Shown here: positions 50,985 to 62,000 of the stretch, one piece after another
Layout of the letters: every line of letters begins with the position of its first letter
Position numbering within the stretch: position 1 is the first letter of the stretch
DNA from: Chiloscyllium plagiosum
Taxonomy: Eukaryota
NCBI RefSeq assembly: GCF_004010195.1
Contig: NC_057718.1
Span: 37,132,337-37,194,336, forward strand
Length of the DNA: 62,000 nt
Reading direction: 5' to 3'
Notes under the pieces: generated by a model
The model's input: the letters and a program-made list of their open reading frames with translations, nothing else
What the model was told of the DNA's origin: nothing
The model's database searches: none
Made by a program: the position numbers and the translations under genes

Positions 50985-53450
50985 AATGTTCCACTTTGAA
51001 GTGCACCAGTGACTATCATTGAAAAATTACCACAGTGTGCAGGAGCAGCACCCAGCTTATCACCTGGAGCTGGCTGTATCTGAGTGATCCTGTTTTTTTT
51101 CTCTTAGTGCTCACTCACTTCACGCTTACCTGGATGCTCACAGCATTTCTGCCTTGCCTTTTATTGCCTTGTCGCCTCAGCTAGACCCAATGCGAACAGA
51201 ATACTTCTGTCTCAACCTGTCTTTTAGTACAGCTACAAAATCAGGAAGCTTGCCATGGTTGTCAGCATTTATCAGTCAAGAGGAAGTGGACATGTTGCTG
51301 AGCAGCACCTGACTTTTTATGAAATGATAGTCTCACACCTACAAACTATACCAGCAGTGCAAGCGGCTAATACACTGTACGTGCTTCAAGCAAATGCCCG
51401 TGTCTCAAAACTAAGGGGAGTAGTTCTCAGTAAAGAGAGACATCCTTCAGTCAAGGGGTCCCAGTACAGTACATTAAGGGCAGTCTCCGATATCAGTAGA
51501 GGGACGTGGGCATTGTCCTTTGGCTGTCTTGAGTGGTCAAGGTCAAAATTCTTTCCTCATAGGAGGTGATGAGCCAAATGTTGGGCACCCCATCACCATT
51601 GTTAGCTCTTCCTTCCAAATGTGGATTGTTCGTTCCTGGGACAAGAGAAAGAGAGGGATTGAGTGAGGTGTAAATCAGTAGCACAGCTGTTAGTCTTAGT
51701 GCAGCTGGTGGAAAACTGGTGAGGTAGCCCAGGTGGGTGAGTAGACAGTGCAGATAGCATGCAAAGTTAGTTATTTTGGGAGAATTAGCTGGGTGCGAAA
51801 GAGTGAGGGAAGATGTTGCATGTAATAGAGAGAGTGGTAGACCATGAGCTTTGGTGGGAGATGGGTGTAGTGGCAGAGACAGAGTGAGTGTGAAATGGCA
51901 CAAAGAAGATGGTGGTGCAGATAAGGTCTTCTTCCTACATTAATGTGCGTTCCCTCAGCTAGCACCGATCAAAGTGGCAACCTTGGACCAGGCACCATGG
52001 TATGGTGTTGTTGCCTCCTCTGCTGATTCTGTGGTAAGAGGATATCCTTACACTGCAGCACCCCTTCCAGCAAGCCTTCCAATCCCCATCTGCAGGTGCC
52101 ATTTTTCCTTTCTCTGCCACATCCAGACAAACATCACAAACAATGCAGGCCAACTCTGACAATACTTAACCATTGCATAGCAACCTTTTAATTTTTTGTA
52201 ACCTATTTTCTAATCAACCTGCTTATTACACACCTTTAGAACAAGTGGGACTGAACTGAGCTCCTGGTGCAAAGTTAGGGACACCACCATGCACGATACG
52301 AGCCCTTTAAGATGGCGCTGACACTAAGAATCCTGGGATATCTCAGGATATCCTGGCAGTGTGGTGTACTGTTTGTGGTGAATGGGAGAGCAGAGTGGCA
52401 TTGCACTGGAGTGCAAGCTCGAGAAAGTAATGCATAAATTGTACAGTGCCCTGCTCAGATTGAATATTGAATGTTGTGTCCAACTCTACTTGATGGGGAA
52501 CAAGAGAGACATTCAACAAGAGGGGCTCCTGGACAATTATACAGTGGCACTGACAGAAAAGTGAAGTATGGCATGGAAGTAATAAATGAGAACTGGAAAG
52601 GCGAGTAAAGATTTCAATACCTTTGTGGGCCAGATTCTGTAAATCACTGTGTTGCTTAGAGTTCAGGCACATGGCTTTAAGGCAATGCTGTCTTCAAAAA
52701 TCAGTCAGGGTCCAGTTAGAACAGCAAAGCTGTGATTATTCTGAGGTTTACTACATTGACATGATGTCAGTACTTTGACATTCAGCACAAGACATGTACA
52801 AGACGCAATTTTAAAAGTGTCACATAGGGTCCTTGTTTCACTGATGTAATGAGCAATGTTGTCAACACTGAATAATTCCTAGGCGTTAGGTTTTCTATTG
52901 TGAGCCACACAGTGAGCTCTCACAACATAAACATAACTAAAAGAGACAAACTGCAGCTGTCACTTGGACTGGGGGATTGAGGAGGGGATGGCTACGCAGC
53001 AGATATTCTTCATACTACTTTCCTGCTTTGCTCTTTCATGTTGCTGAAACCTCTGTATATTTCAGCTCATCACTTTATATTGGCACAAAGTGATAATACA
53101 ATGGTATAAGCAAGCAAGATTTCTTTTTAAAATCAATGCCCATGCTGTGCCTTGAGGGGAGAAAGTGCCTTATCAATCATGCAGTTTAGCTTTATCAAAA
53201 AGCACAAACTTTTCAAGCAGAGGCTTGAAAACCTGTGGCATTTGAGTATTGTATAAATTGGTCAAAGGGAAAAAGTGCTTAGGGAAATATTACGACTCTC
53301 TGCATCTTTCTCCCCGTTTGCCTAATTTCCAACCAGCACTCCAAATCCAGGCTGCTAAATCTCACTGCTAAAAGGAAGGGAATTTGACTCTATGCTTCAT
53401 TTTCTGTTGCTTCGGAGACACGTGGAAATGCAAGTCGCAGTTGTATATAC

Positions 53451-53764
53451 TGTGGCTCAGTGGTTAGCACTGCTGCCTCACAGCGCCAGGGACCTGGGTT
53501 TAATTTCAGCCTTGGGTGACTGCCTGTGTGGAGTTTGCATATTCTTCCCATGTCTGTGTGGGTTTCACACAGGTGCTCTGGTTTCCTCCCACAGTTGAAC
53601 GATGGGCAGGTTAATCAGAATGGCCATGGAAAATTGTGCCATGGGAAATGCAGGCTTACAGGGATAGGTCAGGGGATGGATCTGGGTGGGATGTTCATCG
53701 GAGGGTGGTGTTGACCCAATGGGCCAAATGGCTTGGCTCCACTTTGTAGGGATTCAATGATTCT
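53451..53764 (+). mobile_element. HE1-type V-SINE, diverged
   Basis: gtggctcagtggttagcactgctgcctcacagcgccagggacctgggtt head; tail tgtagggattcaatgattct. Confidence 0.88.
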
Positions 53765-56700
53765 CAGGTCTCCAGTGATGGGGTTATATAGATTTCAGTG
53801 TGGTTTCTGAAGCAAAGTTCTGTGAATCTGCTGTCAGTGGCACTCAATCAATGTCAAATCATTTCTAGTCTATCAAGTTACATGCTACCATTTACCAGTC
53901 ATTGGGCTGGTAGACTTAACATCAGCAACTATAGTTCAGTATGTGGTTAGGTAAGGCAGAGTTCACACAGTGAGGGCTTAAATTCCCCAAACTTGGAGTG
54001 CCACCGTACATGTCTGTTTGTTTCGGGGTAGCTCCAAATACTGGAGGAAATGGCAACACTCATGGCTACAGCCTAATGTAGTCTCCCAGGTACAAGTGAA
54101 AGTACGTTGTGTGATTATTCCTACTGTGCTGGTGCCAAATATATACAAACAACAGAGAAGCATAGTTATTGATCTCCCATGCACCCAATGATTGTACTGT
54201 GATTAGAAAATCAACTGTATTACATTACTTCATGTGAAGCTGAAGGGGATCAGATTTTATTCATAGAAAACAGCAGGGATTGTCGTTAATTTCTACTAGA
54301 ATTCTTCAATTGCAATTTATGGTTGCTGTAAATGTTTTGCATTTTTTGCTTTAAACGCTCTTTTGCTCCACTTCATCAGATATTATCTGAAATGACAGGG
54401 TGGGCAGGAACCAACTCAGCCTTCTAGAAGATTAAGAGAAAGAGTTCTGATAAGCATCTTACCACCCACATTATGCAGAAAACTATGCAGTGTTTGTGTT
54501 TGCACAATTTGTTTATCACTGGGATTTGTACTGAGTTGGCAAGCTTTGCAGTCTTGGTATCAGATCCCTGTGGATTCCCCAGGATTCAATTAAAACAAGA
54601 TCTGTAAATGTGTTCCTGAAGAAACAGCAGTTCCTTATCAAACCAAATATGTCTCAATCATTTTGCCTGAGTTGCATAATGAGCTGGATTTTACAGAGGA
54701 GTTTCACAATATCGGTTAAGATTCAAGTTTCAGGTTTATTTTGGATTGCATAGTTCCTAAGGGATACCACTATCCTGATTTTATAGTCAGTCTGTTTCGC
54801 TTGCTGCAGAACTGCAGAAAATGCATCCTGACAAGACATTCCTGAAATGGCTGACTTGAACCCTGCAGTTTACATGAGTTAATTTGAATGTAAAAATCAT
54901 GATTGATTTTAAAAAGGTAGTGAATAGATATTTGAAAGGTAATGAGAGCATGGGAAAAGTGCAAACAAATGAGACAAAGCAGGAAGTTCTTTCAAACTCC
55001 AATGGTCTAAATGACCTCCGCTGTCTGTTTTACAATAACAATAAGTTGGCTCATCCATACTGTCACATACTTCACATCCCCTTTACCCATCATGCTTTGT
55101 TAAACTTTACAGAGGTGTGACATCTCTTCCAATTAACCAGCAATGGAGAAGTGAAGGTTGACTTTAATTGTTGACCTTCCCCATGAGGAGCTCACAGTAT
55201 GGGATCTCTTGACCACATCCAGTGTTATTGGTTTGGGAGTATTACTGGAGCAGAATCTAACCATATCTGGTTACTTTCTTGGTTATTTAAGTGAGCGTAG
55301 CTTAGGAATTTTAATAGCATGGAACCAAATAAACCACTGGCCAGCATTCACAAGCTTGTCTCTGCCTGCCAGAAAGGCACAACTGTATGTGATAATTAGT
55401 TACCTGAAGTCAGAGCTTCTATTCCTCTAAGGCAGGATGTCCTGCCTCTGAGCGCTGTCAACCAATCAGAGCTCAACAGTTCCAACAAACCATTGACAGC
55501 AGTGGTGAATGCTGGGGCTGGAATGGCTAACCCTCAGCAGTCGTGGAGTTTGGGCAAGTGAGATCAGGATCAGTGGGATCAATTAAGTGCGGCGATCGAG
55601 GAGAGGTGTTGATCGGGATTTAGTGATGGTGGGATTTGGAGTGGATAATGGCAGTAATAGGAGGGCTGAATGCTCCCCACAGATCACAGAGTGCCCAATC
55701 ACAGGAGAACCGTCTGCAGCCTCCTCAGGTGGTAAGGTGCTCACCTATTCCTGCGACAAGGCCCATTAACTGCCCACATAAGGACCTCAGTTGGTCTAAG
55801 GGCAGCTAAGTTTCAAAGATTTAGGAAGTGGAATTCTCAGAAGAGGTATTGTTTGCTCCTGACCTATATTAACAGTGTGGAGATAGAAACTAACAGCACG
55901 ATTATCAAATTGTTTGATAATACGACATTATAGATACATATTCATGACTATCATACAGTCCAAAAGGAGTTGACATGAGTCTAAATTAGTGCAGATTTAT
56001 TTTTTGAGCAAATAATTTGAAAATGACTCATATGGATAATTTCCAGTTGGTAGTTTAACAATGCATGCCACCGTGCTAGACAAACATTCAACAGGACAGA
56101 CTGAGAATCAATAATTAAGGAGAAAAATCAAAAGAACTTATATTTATTTAAAGTAAACTAATCACATCATGGAGTTTTTACATGACAGGACTTTAACCAA
56201 ATGCTGGAGTAACAGGAGACAGGAGCAAAAGTTGACGTTATGATGTTTATTTCACTCACTGGAAATGCCAGATGATTAATAATTGAGGAATTACTGATTC
56301 CACTGATGGTTAACAGAGCCCACAGTGTTATGTGTCGAAATAACATTTCTTATGAATTTTTGAGTGTAAATTATGAAAGACAGAGGATGACCAGACAGAG
56401 TTCTGCATTCCAAACTGTAGCTGCTATAGTGTTTGTTTTGGTTTTTATTAAATTAAATTAGTGATATTTTAATGTCTATAATGTAGAATATATATTTATA
56501 TGTGAAAATATAGGGTGTGGAATCTTGTGCCCTTTGCCTGTGATGGATTTGATGCTGGCAGCATTTATTTAGGTGGAAGGGTGTGAATGGGAACTTGTCA
56601 CCTTCTCATTTCTACCCCAGTTAAGTCCAGGGTGGGAAGGCATTAACTGAAGGAATGGCATTAACTGCTCACTTGAGGGGTTTTCTTCATCGTTGCAATT

Positions 56701-57458
56701 AATCCAGCAAGGGGAGAGGTGTGTACAGGAGTGGGAGTGGGGGGCACGACAAGCAAATCCTGGCATATTTCAAGGGATGGTGTGATCACACATTCAAATA
56801 AGCCACTGATTGGCAAGAGGAGCCCTGCTGAAAACCAGGCCCCCTATACGTGCTGCTGATACTCCCCCTCCTTCCCTCGTAACCCCTTTCTGTGACCTGT
56901 CATCTCTATAGGATTCCATCCTTGTTATTATCACACAAATGCGATCAATTTTATAAATGCACAATAGGAATAATAATCAGAAATGAAATATTCTTTTGAG
57001 TTTACAGCAAAATAAGCCAATAATGTCAACAGATCTGAAATGATGCCAAGAATGATAAATATGTTATAATTGAACCAAACTACCTGGAACATCAACAGCA
57101 CAAAAGAAGACTTCTTAGTCCATTGTTTCTGGGTTAGTTTTCTGGAGAAGCAATATACTTCGTCTCATTCATTTGTCATGTCCCCATGTTTACAAATAAA
57201 ATGGTTTGGGGGTTTCACTTAGAAGTTGCCCTTAGATACTCAAGAAGTAAATTTATTGTCTGTGCAAAGTTTTATATCCTAAAAAGGTCATAGGGTCAAT
57301 CCCTGATCTATGACCAGTCAGTTGATTTTGACCAGAATGATGTAAGGCAATGGTGAAGCGATAATATCACAAATCCTGCAATCCTAGGATAATGAATTCA
57401 AATCCTATCACAACAGCTGGCAGAATTTGTTTTCAATTTAAAAAATCTGGAACTGAAA

Positions 57459-58172
57459 TCTTATGGAGGTTTATAAAACCATGGGGGGCATGAACAGGGT
57501 GAATAGCCAAAGTGTTTTTCCCAGGGTCAGGGAGTCCAAAACTTGAGGGCATACATAGGTTTAATCATAGAAGAATCTCTACGGTGTGGAAACAGGCCAT
57601 TCAGCTCAACAACTTCACACCGACCCTCCAAAGAGTATCCCATCCAGTATTCCCCTTCCCTATCACTTTACATTTCCCACAAGTAATGCACACAACCTAC
57701 ACATCCCAAACCACTATGGTCAATCTAGCATGACCAATTCACCTCAACGGAACATCTTTGGACTGTGGGAGGAAACCAGAGCACCTAGAGAAAACCCACA
57801 CAGAAACGGGGAGAATGTGCAAACTCCACACAGACAGTCTCCCAAGGCTGGAATTGAACCCAGGTCCCTCGCACTGTGAAGCATCAGTGCTAACCACTGA
57901 GCCATTTAAGGTGCGAACAGAAAGATATGAAAGGGACCTATGGGGCAACTTTTTCACACAGATGGTGGTGTGTATATGGCATGAGCTACCAGAGGAAGTG
58001 GTGGAGGTTAGTACAATTGCAGCATTTAAAAGGATCTGGTGGGTACATGAATATGAAGGGTTTAGAGGAATATGAACCAATTGATGGAAAATGGGACGAG
58101 ATTAATTTAGGATATCTGGTTGGAATGGATGAGTTGGACCAAAAGGCCTGCTTCTATGACTCTATGACTCTA
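57459..58172 (+). mobile_element. HER1/CR1 3' fragment, itself interrupted by an HE1 SINE
   Basis: cttatggaggtttataaaaccatg...cataggtttaa | ggtgcgaacagaaagatatgaaagggacc...tatgactctatgactcta, colinear with 14199-14579. Confidence 0.88.
57565..57904 (-). mobile_element. HE1-type V-SINE nested in the LINE
   Basis: Full SINE body with flanking tttaa duplication (57560-57564, 57905-57909). Confidence 0.9.
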
Positions 58173-58714
58173 GTCTTAATAGATGTGACCATGAAACCAT
58201 TAGTTGTTGTTGAAAATGCATCTGATTTATTAACATCCTTAGGGAAGGGAATCCCCCATCCTTCCCTGTCTCTGGCCTATGTGTGACTCTAGACTCACAA
58301 CAGTGCCAATAACTCTTAATTATCCTCTGAAATGACATAGCTAGCGACACAGTTCAAATGCGATTTGGGATGGACAACAAATTCTGGCCTTTCTGACGAT
58401 GAAATAATTTTTTTATAAAACACTAGATTGACATGGGTGCCCATGGATTAAAGGTGGAAAATTAGTCATTGTTTCTGATCTTGATCAGAATTGAAATGAT
58501 CCTTGGGTGGGGACTGCATGGAATGATCCTATCCCTTGATCAGATATTCAATGACTTCCAAACTTACTCCCACTTTGCAAATGTACACATGCAGTTCTTG
58601 GTGGGGGTTATATGATTGTGGTCAGCAGTGGGTCAGTTTCACCTTCAAATCCAAAGGTTAGAGTCCAATGTTTAACAATAGGTAAGGATGGCAATCTTGC
58701 CTGCGATTCAGATG

Positions 58715-59115
58715 GCTGTGAGCTTAAATCCCACTCCAGGAACTAAGCACAAGATGCAAACAGTTACCAGCATGACATGCAGAAGGGGTGCTGCATTGTA
58801 CAGGTTGCTGCCTCTCAAGTGTGATATTAAACCAAGAATTTGTCTAACCTCTCAGAAGAATGTAAAAAGATCCCATGGCACAATTCAAAGTAGTTCCCAG
58901 GATTTCCCCTGATGTGCTAGTCAATATATATCCCTCAAATAACATCAGTAAAACAGATTACTTAACCATTATCACACTGCTCTTGGGACTTCACTGTGCA
59001 AATGCAAATTGGCTTCCCGGATTGCAACAATTAAACTTTTAATGTAATTCAGCAGCTATAAAGAATATTTGATTATGAAAGTCATGAAAGACTCTATGTA
59101 AATGCATACTCTTAC
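58715..59115 (+). mobile_element. Deu-domain SINE (SacSINE1/AmnSINE1 superfamily-like)
   Basis: tgtaaaaagatcccatggcac...gtcaatatatatccctcaa..aacatca.taaaacagatta...attatcacactgct resembles the Deu domain (from recall); 3' end tgaaagactctatgtaaatgca. Confidence 0.7.
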
Positions 59116-60006
59116 TTTATCTTACTTCATTCTACAACGAGCAGATTTTGAATCTAGGAACAATCAAATCTGTATATAGACTAAATTATACAGAGAGCCA
59201 TGATTCCCACTACAATGTTGACATTGGTACAACAGGATAAAAACTTTTATTCGTGATTATGCCACAGGAAGTTTCCTTTAAAATGTGTTCAATTCAGTTA
59301 TCTCTGATTTTGGTGGGGGTGGGGTGAATTTTTCTTTGTGGCATATGTTCATTTGTTTAACAGAAGAGTGACGAGAAAATGGGGGTAAATATTGTGTTGC
59401 AATTTTCCAAAGATTCCACAGCGGGTGAGGAAGAAGAGCTCCCCCCAAAACAAATTACCTTCAAAGAGTGCTTTGTCATTTATGGGAGACCCAGAAGTAT
59501 TGTTTAAAATGGTAAACCAGAGTTTGCCCATGGTCACTACCAAGCTCACAGCTCATGTTCCAAATGGACGCCATTTTGCTGCCAGTGACTTGCACAGTGT
59601 AGCAAACAGCACGGATTTTCCAGCTGGCATGAACCAGTGAAGAAAACACTCCTTTGTGTGAGCTAACATGTAAATACGTGAGCCTGTTCTTCTTGGGTGA
59701 AAAGGAAACAAGTCAATCAGCGTGAATACATGTACAGATGCTAATCGCATAAGAGCTACCTTCAGCGCTGCTCAGAGCACCACACTTGAGTTTGTTTGCC
59801 TATATGCTTATCTGCCGTGGACTGATGACTTCTGCAAAATGTGGCTGGCCTCCAAGAGTGCAGCGGATTACCTGCCATGGCAGCCACAAAAATGCCAGCA
59901 GAGACACTCCAGGATTGCTGGCCATGCTGCAATTCTTATGGGACAAGGCATCACCTGAGTTTTTAATTCCTATCAGTTGAATAGTGAAGGTGTCAAGGAT
60001 GGTGCC

Positions 60007-60095
60007 GACAGTGTGGCGCTGGAAAAGCACAGCAGGTTAGGCAGCATCCGAGGAGTAGAATCGACGTTTCGGGCATAAGTCCTTCATCAGGAATC
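60007..60095 (-). mobile_element. Solo ~90-bp Penelope family A insertion with hammerhead-like core
   Basis: Reverse complement reads UUC-CUGAUGA-A-GGAC(UUAU)GCCC-GAAA-CG-UC-GA (one stem II mismatch). Possible TSD tggtgcc/tggtgtc (60000-60006, 60096-60102). Confidence 0.82.
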
Positions 60096-60163
60096 TGGTG
60101 TCTGTAATGAGTATGTTTTGCTGCCTCTCCACATTTTCATGTTACAAAACCCAAATGATTCCT

Positions 60164-61149
60164 GGCGAAACCAAACAGATGCTACAACAGATAAATGGAC
60201 ATCGCATAACAATCACCAGACAGGAATGTTCCCACCCAGTTGGGGAACACTTCAACGGTCAAGGACATTCGGTCTCGGATCTTCAGGTGACAGTCCTCCA
60301 AGGCAGGAGGACTTCAGGATACACAACAACGCAGAGTGGCCGAGCAGAGGCGGATAACCAAGTGCGGTACCCATGCGAATGGCCTCACCTGGGACCTTGG
60401 GTTCATGTCTCTCTACAGGTGATATACACACACACACACACATACCCTCTCACATGCTTATATTCTGCCACACTCATGTGCACACCTACCAAACATGCAC
60501 ACAGGCAAACACAGGTGCTCTCACACACATTCACACTCACATGCACGGACATACACACTCTCTCTCTCATACACACACACATACACACATATATATAAGT
60601 CTATGGGGTGAATTTGCATTTGCAGAATTGTATTTGCAGATTCATTCTTTTTTTTTCTCAAAAAGCACATAACCTGCAGGCAGTCAATGCAGATCGGCAA
60701 TCCAAAATAACATCTTATAAATTCCTACTTTGGAAAAAGAACGAGTCTGACTCAAGATTGGGATACAGCCATACTCTAACCTCTCTCCTTTCATACACTG
60801 TCTGAGCTGAGATGTCACCTTTTTTAATAAAACCTTAAGTTATTTTGAGAATTTGTCTTAAAAGAAGTTCTGGGATTTACATATTAATGAACCAAAACCT
60901 GCAACCCATTCTAAGGGATGATAGACTTAACAGCAATCAAAGTTTGTTCAATATATCATTTTAATTGCATGACACTGTGATCTTTTGCCATCAATTCTGT
61001 GTCTTATGATCCTGCCCCACTAGTTGCCTGATGAAGCAGCAGCACTCTGAAAGCTAGTACTTCCAACCAAACCTGTTGGATTATAACCTGGTGTTGTGTG
61101 ATTTTTAACTTTGTCCACCCAAGTCCAACATTGGCATCTCCACATCATG
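60164..61149 (+). mobile_element. 5'-truncated Penelope-like retroelement (family B): GIY-YIG C-terminus, CA-rich 3' UTR, decayed hammerhead, tail
   Basis: GETKQMLQQINGHR..PVGEHFN..GHS.SDLQVTVLQG, then after a frameshift GLQDTQQRRVAEQRRITKCGTHANGLTWDLGFMSLYR* (stop 60420-60422). Core ctgatgaagcagcagcactctgaaagcta at 61028-61056. Terminal ~100 nt homologous to 272-390. Confidence 0.9.
60424..60596. repeat. Degenerate (CA)n-rich tract in the PLE 3' UTR
   Basis: Interrupted CA/CT/TA dinucleotide runs. Confidence 0.85.
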
Positions 61150-61339
61150 CGCAGAAAGAGGCTAACATTTTTTCTTATGTACTAACTGTACTTCAAAGAA
61201 TAATTCATTCATTCACATCCTTCTGGTATTTACATGGAAATGTGGAAAATTTCCCAAGTACACCCATTCCACAGAAAAACAGAACACATCCAATCTGGCC
61301 AGTTGCCACCCTATCAGCCTACTTTTGATCATCAGTGTT

Positions 61340-61803
61340 AGGATGGAAAAAGGTCATTAACAGTGCTAAAAAATGATGACCTGCTCAATCACACTCAGTT
61401 TGGGTTCTTCCAGGGTCACTCAGCTCCTGATCTCATTACAACCTTGGTGCAATCATAAATAGAAAAGCTGAAAAGGAGAGTTGGCAGTGTCTGTCCCTGC
61501 TCAGCATCAAGGAGCATGCATCGAAGGGAATCTAAACAAGCAGATCCATGAGAACATCACCACCTGCAAGATCTCCTCCAGGTCACAGACCATCCTGACA
61601 TGGAACTGAAAATGGAACTATATAGTCCCTTCACTGTCACTGGATCACAGTCCTGGAACTCCCTCTCTAGTGGCACCATGGGTGACCCCCCTGATTTCAA
61701 AGCCTGCAGCAGTTCGAGAAGGCATTACCACCTTCTTAAGGGAGACAAGGGATGGACAATTGATGCTAACTTTGCCAGTTAAGTCCATATCCCATGAATG
61801 AAT
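61340..61803 (+). mobile_element. Old, internally deleted non-LTR LINE (RT fragment + 3' end)
   Basis: From 61382 it translates LLNHTQFGFFQGHSAPDLITTLVQ (QxGF RT motif); tcctggaactccctc (WNSL); 3' end catatcccatgaatgaat. Confidence 0.7.
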
Positions 61804-61965
61804 TCTCAAAAATGTCATTTGGGATGTGATGACAACCCAATAAAGTGTCATTTAAAATTATTCACTTTCCTTCTAGACCAGAGGGAGATTCACAGTCAAG
61901 TAATGCAAGGAATACAAATATCAAATTACTTAGCTACACTGCATAGCAAATGTTCTTTATAAATA

Positions 61966-62000
61966 GGGGTGGTACAGTGGCTCAGTGGTTTGCACTGCTG
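61966..62000 (+). mobile_element. HE1-type SINE 5' head, cut by the window edge
   Basis: ggggtggtacagtggctcagtggtttgcactgctg contains the A box. Confidence 0.8.

Larger units (their letters stand above)
57346..58400 (+). mobile_element. Old tRNA-derived SINE split by a nested LINE (pieces 57346-57458 and ~58170-58400)
   Basis: The left piece ends aaatctggaactgaaa and the right resumes ctagtc..gtgaccatgaaacc; joined, they are colinear with the inverse of 27931-28290. Confidence 0.7.

Noticed and set aside
7026..57904. Strand bias of HE1 SINEs suggesting a host intron orientation
   Set aside because: About 7 minus versus 4 plus copies, with LINEs in both orientations; too few to be meaningful.
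59761..59781. REST/RE1-like site ttcagcgctgctcagagcacc
   Set aside because: It lacks the conserved central GG and has further mismatches to TTCAGCACCNCGGACAGCGCC.
60098..60598. 166-aa ORF as a functional endonuclease gene
   Set aside because: It lacks the N-terminal GIY motif, is frameshifted, and runs into CA repeats; it is a dead PLE fragment.

Overview
Repeat-rich, non-coding eukaryotic DNA, most likely an intergenic or intronic stretch of a cartilaginous fish (shark) genome. That assignment is inferred from about 10 copies of an HE1-type tRNA-derived V-SINE and the HER1/CR1-type LINEs that share their 3' tails. No intact host protein-coding gene is supported. The long ORFs are decayed CR1 ORF2 (APE endonuclease + reverse transcriptase), Tx1/L1 ORF2 or Penelope GIY-YIG pieces, and two are artefacts of an 895-N assembly gap (13004-13898). 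The most interesting signal is a set of at least 10 Penelope-like element (PLE) insertions from three families. Many are 90-220 bp fold-back mini-insertions with 7-18 bp target-site duplications, a fixed 35-40 nt unpaired tail, and a minimal hammerhead-ribozyme core (CUGANGA-A-stem II-GAAA-palindrome-UH). PLE hammerheads are a known class; whether these particular shark families are described cannot be judged without a database search. Family names and the boundaries of old repeats were read by eye.
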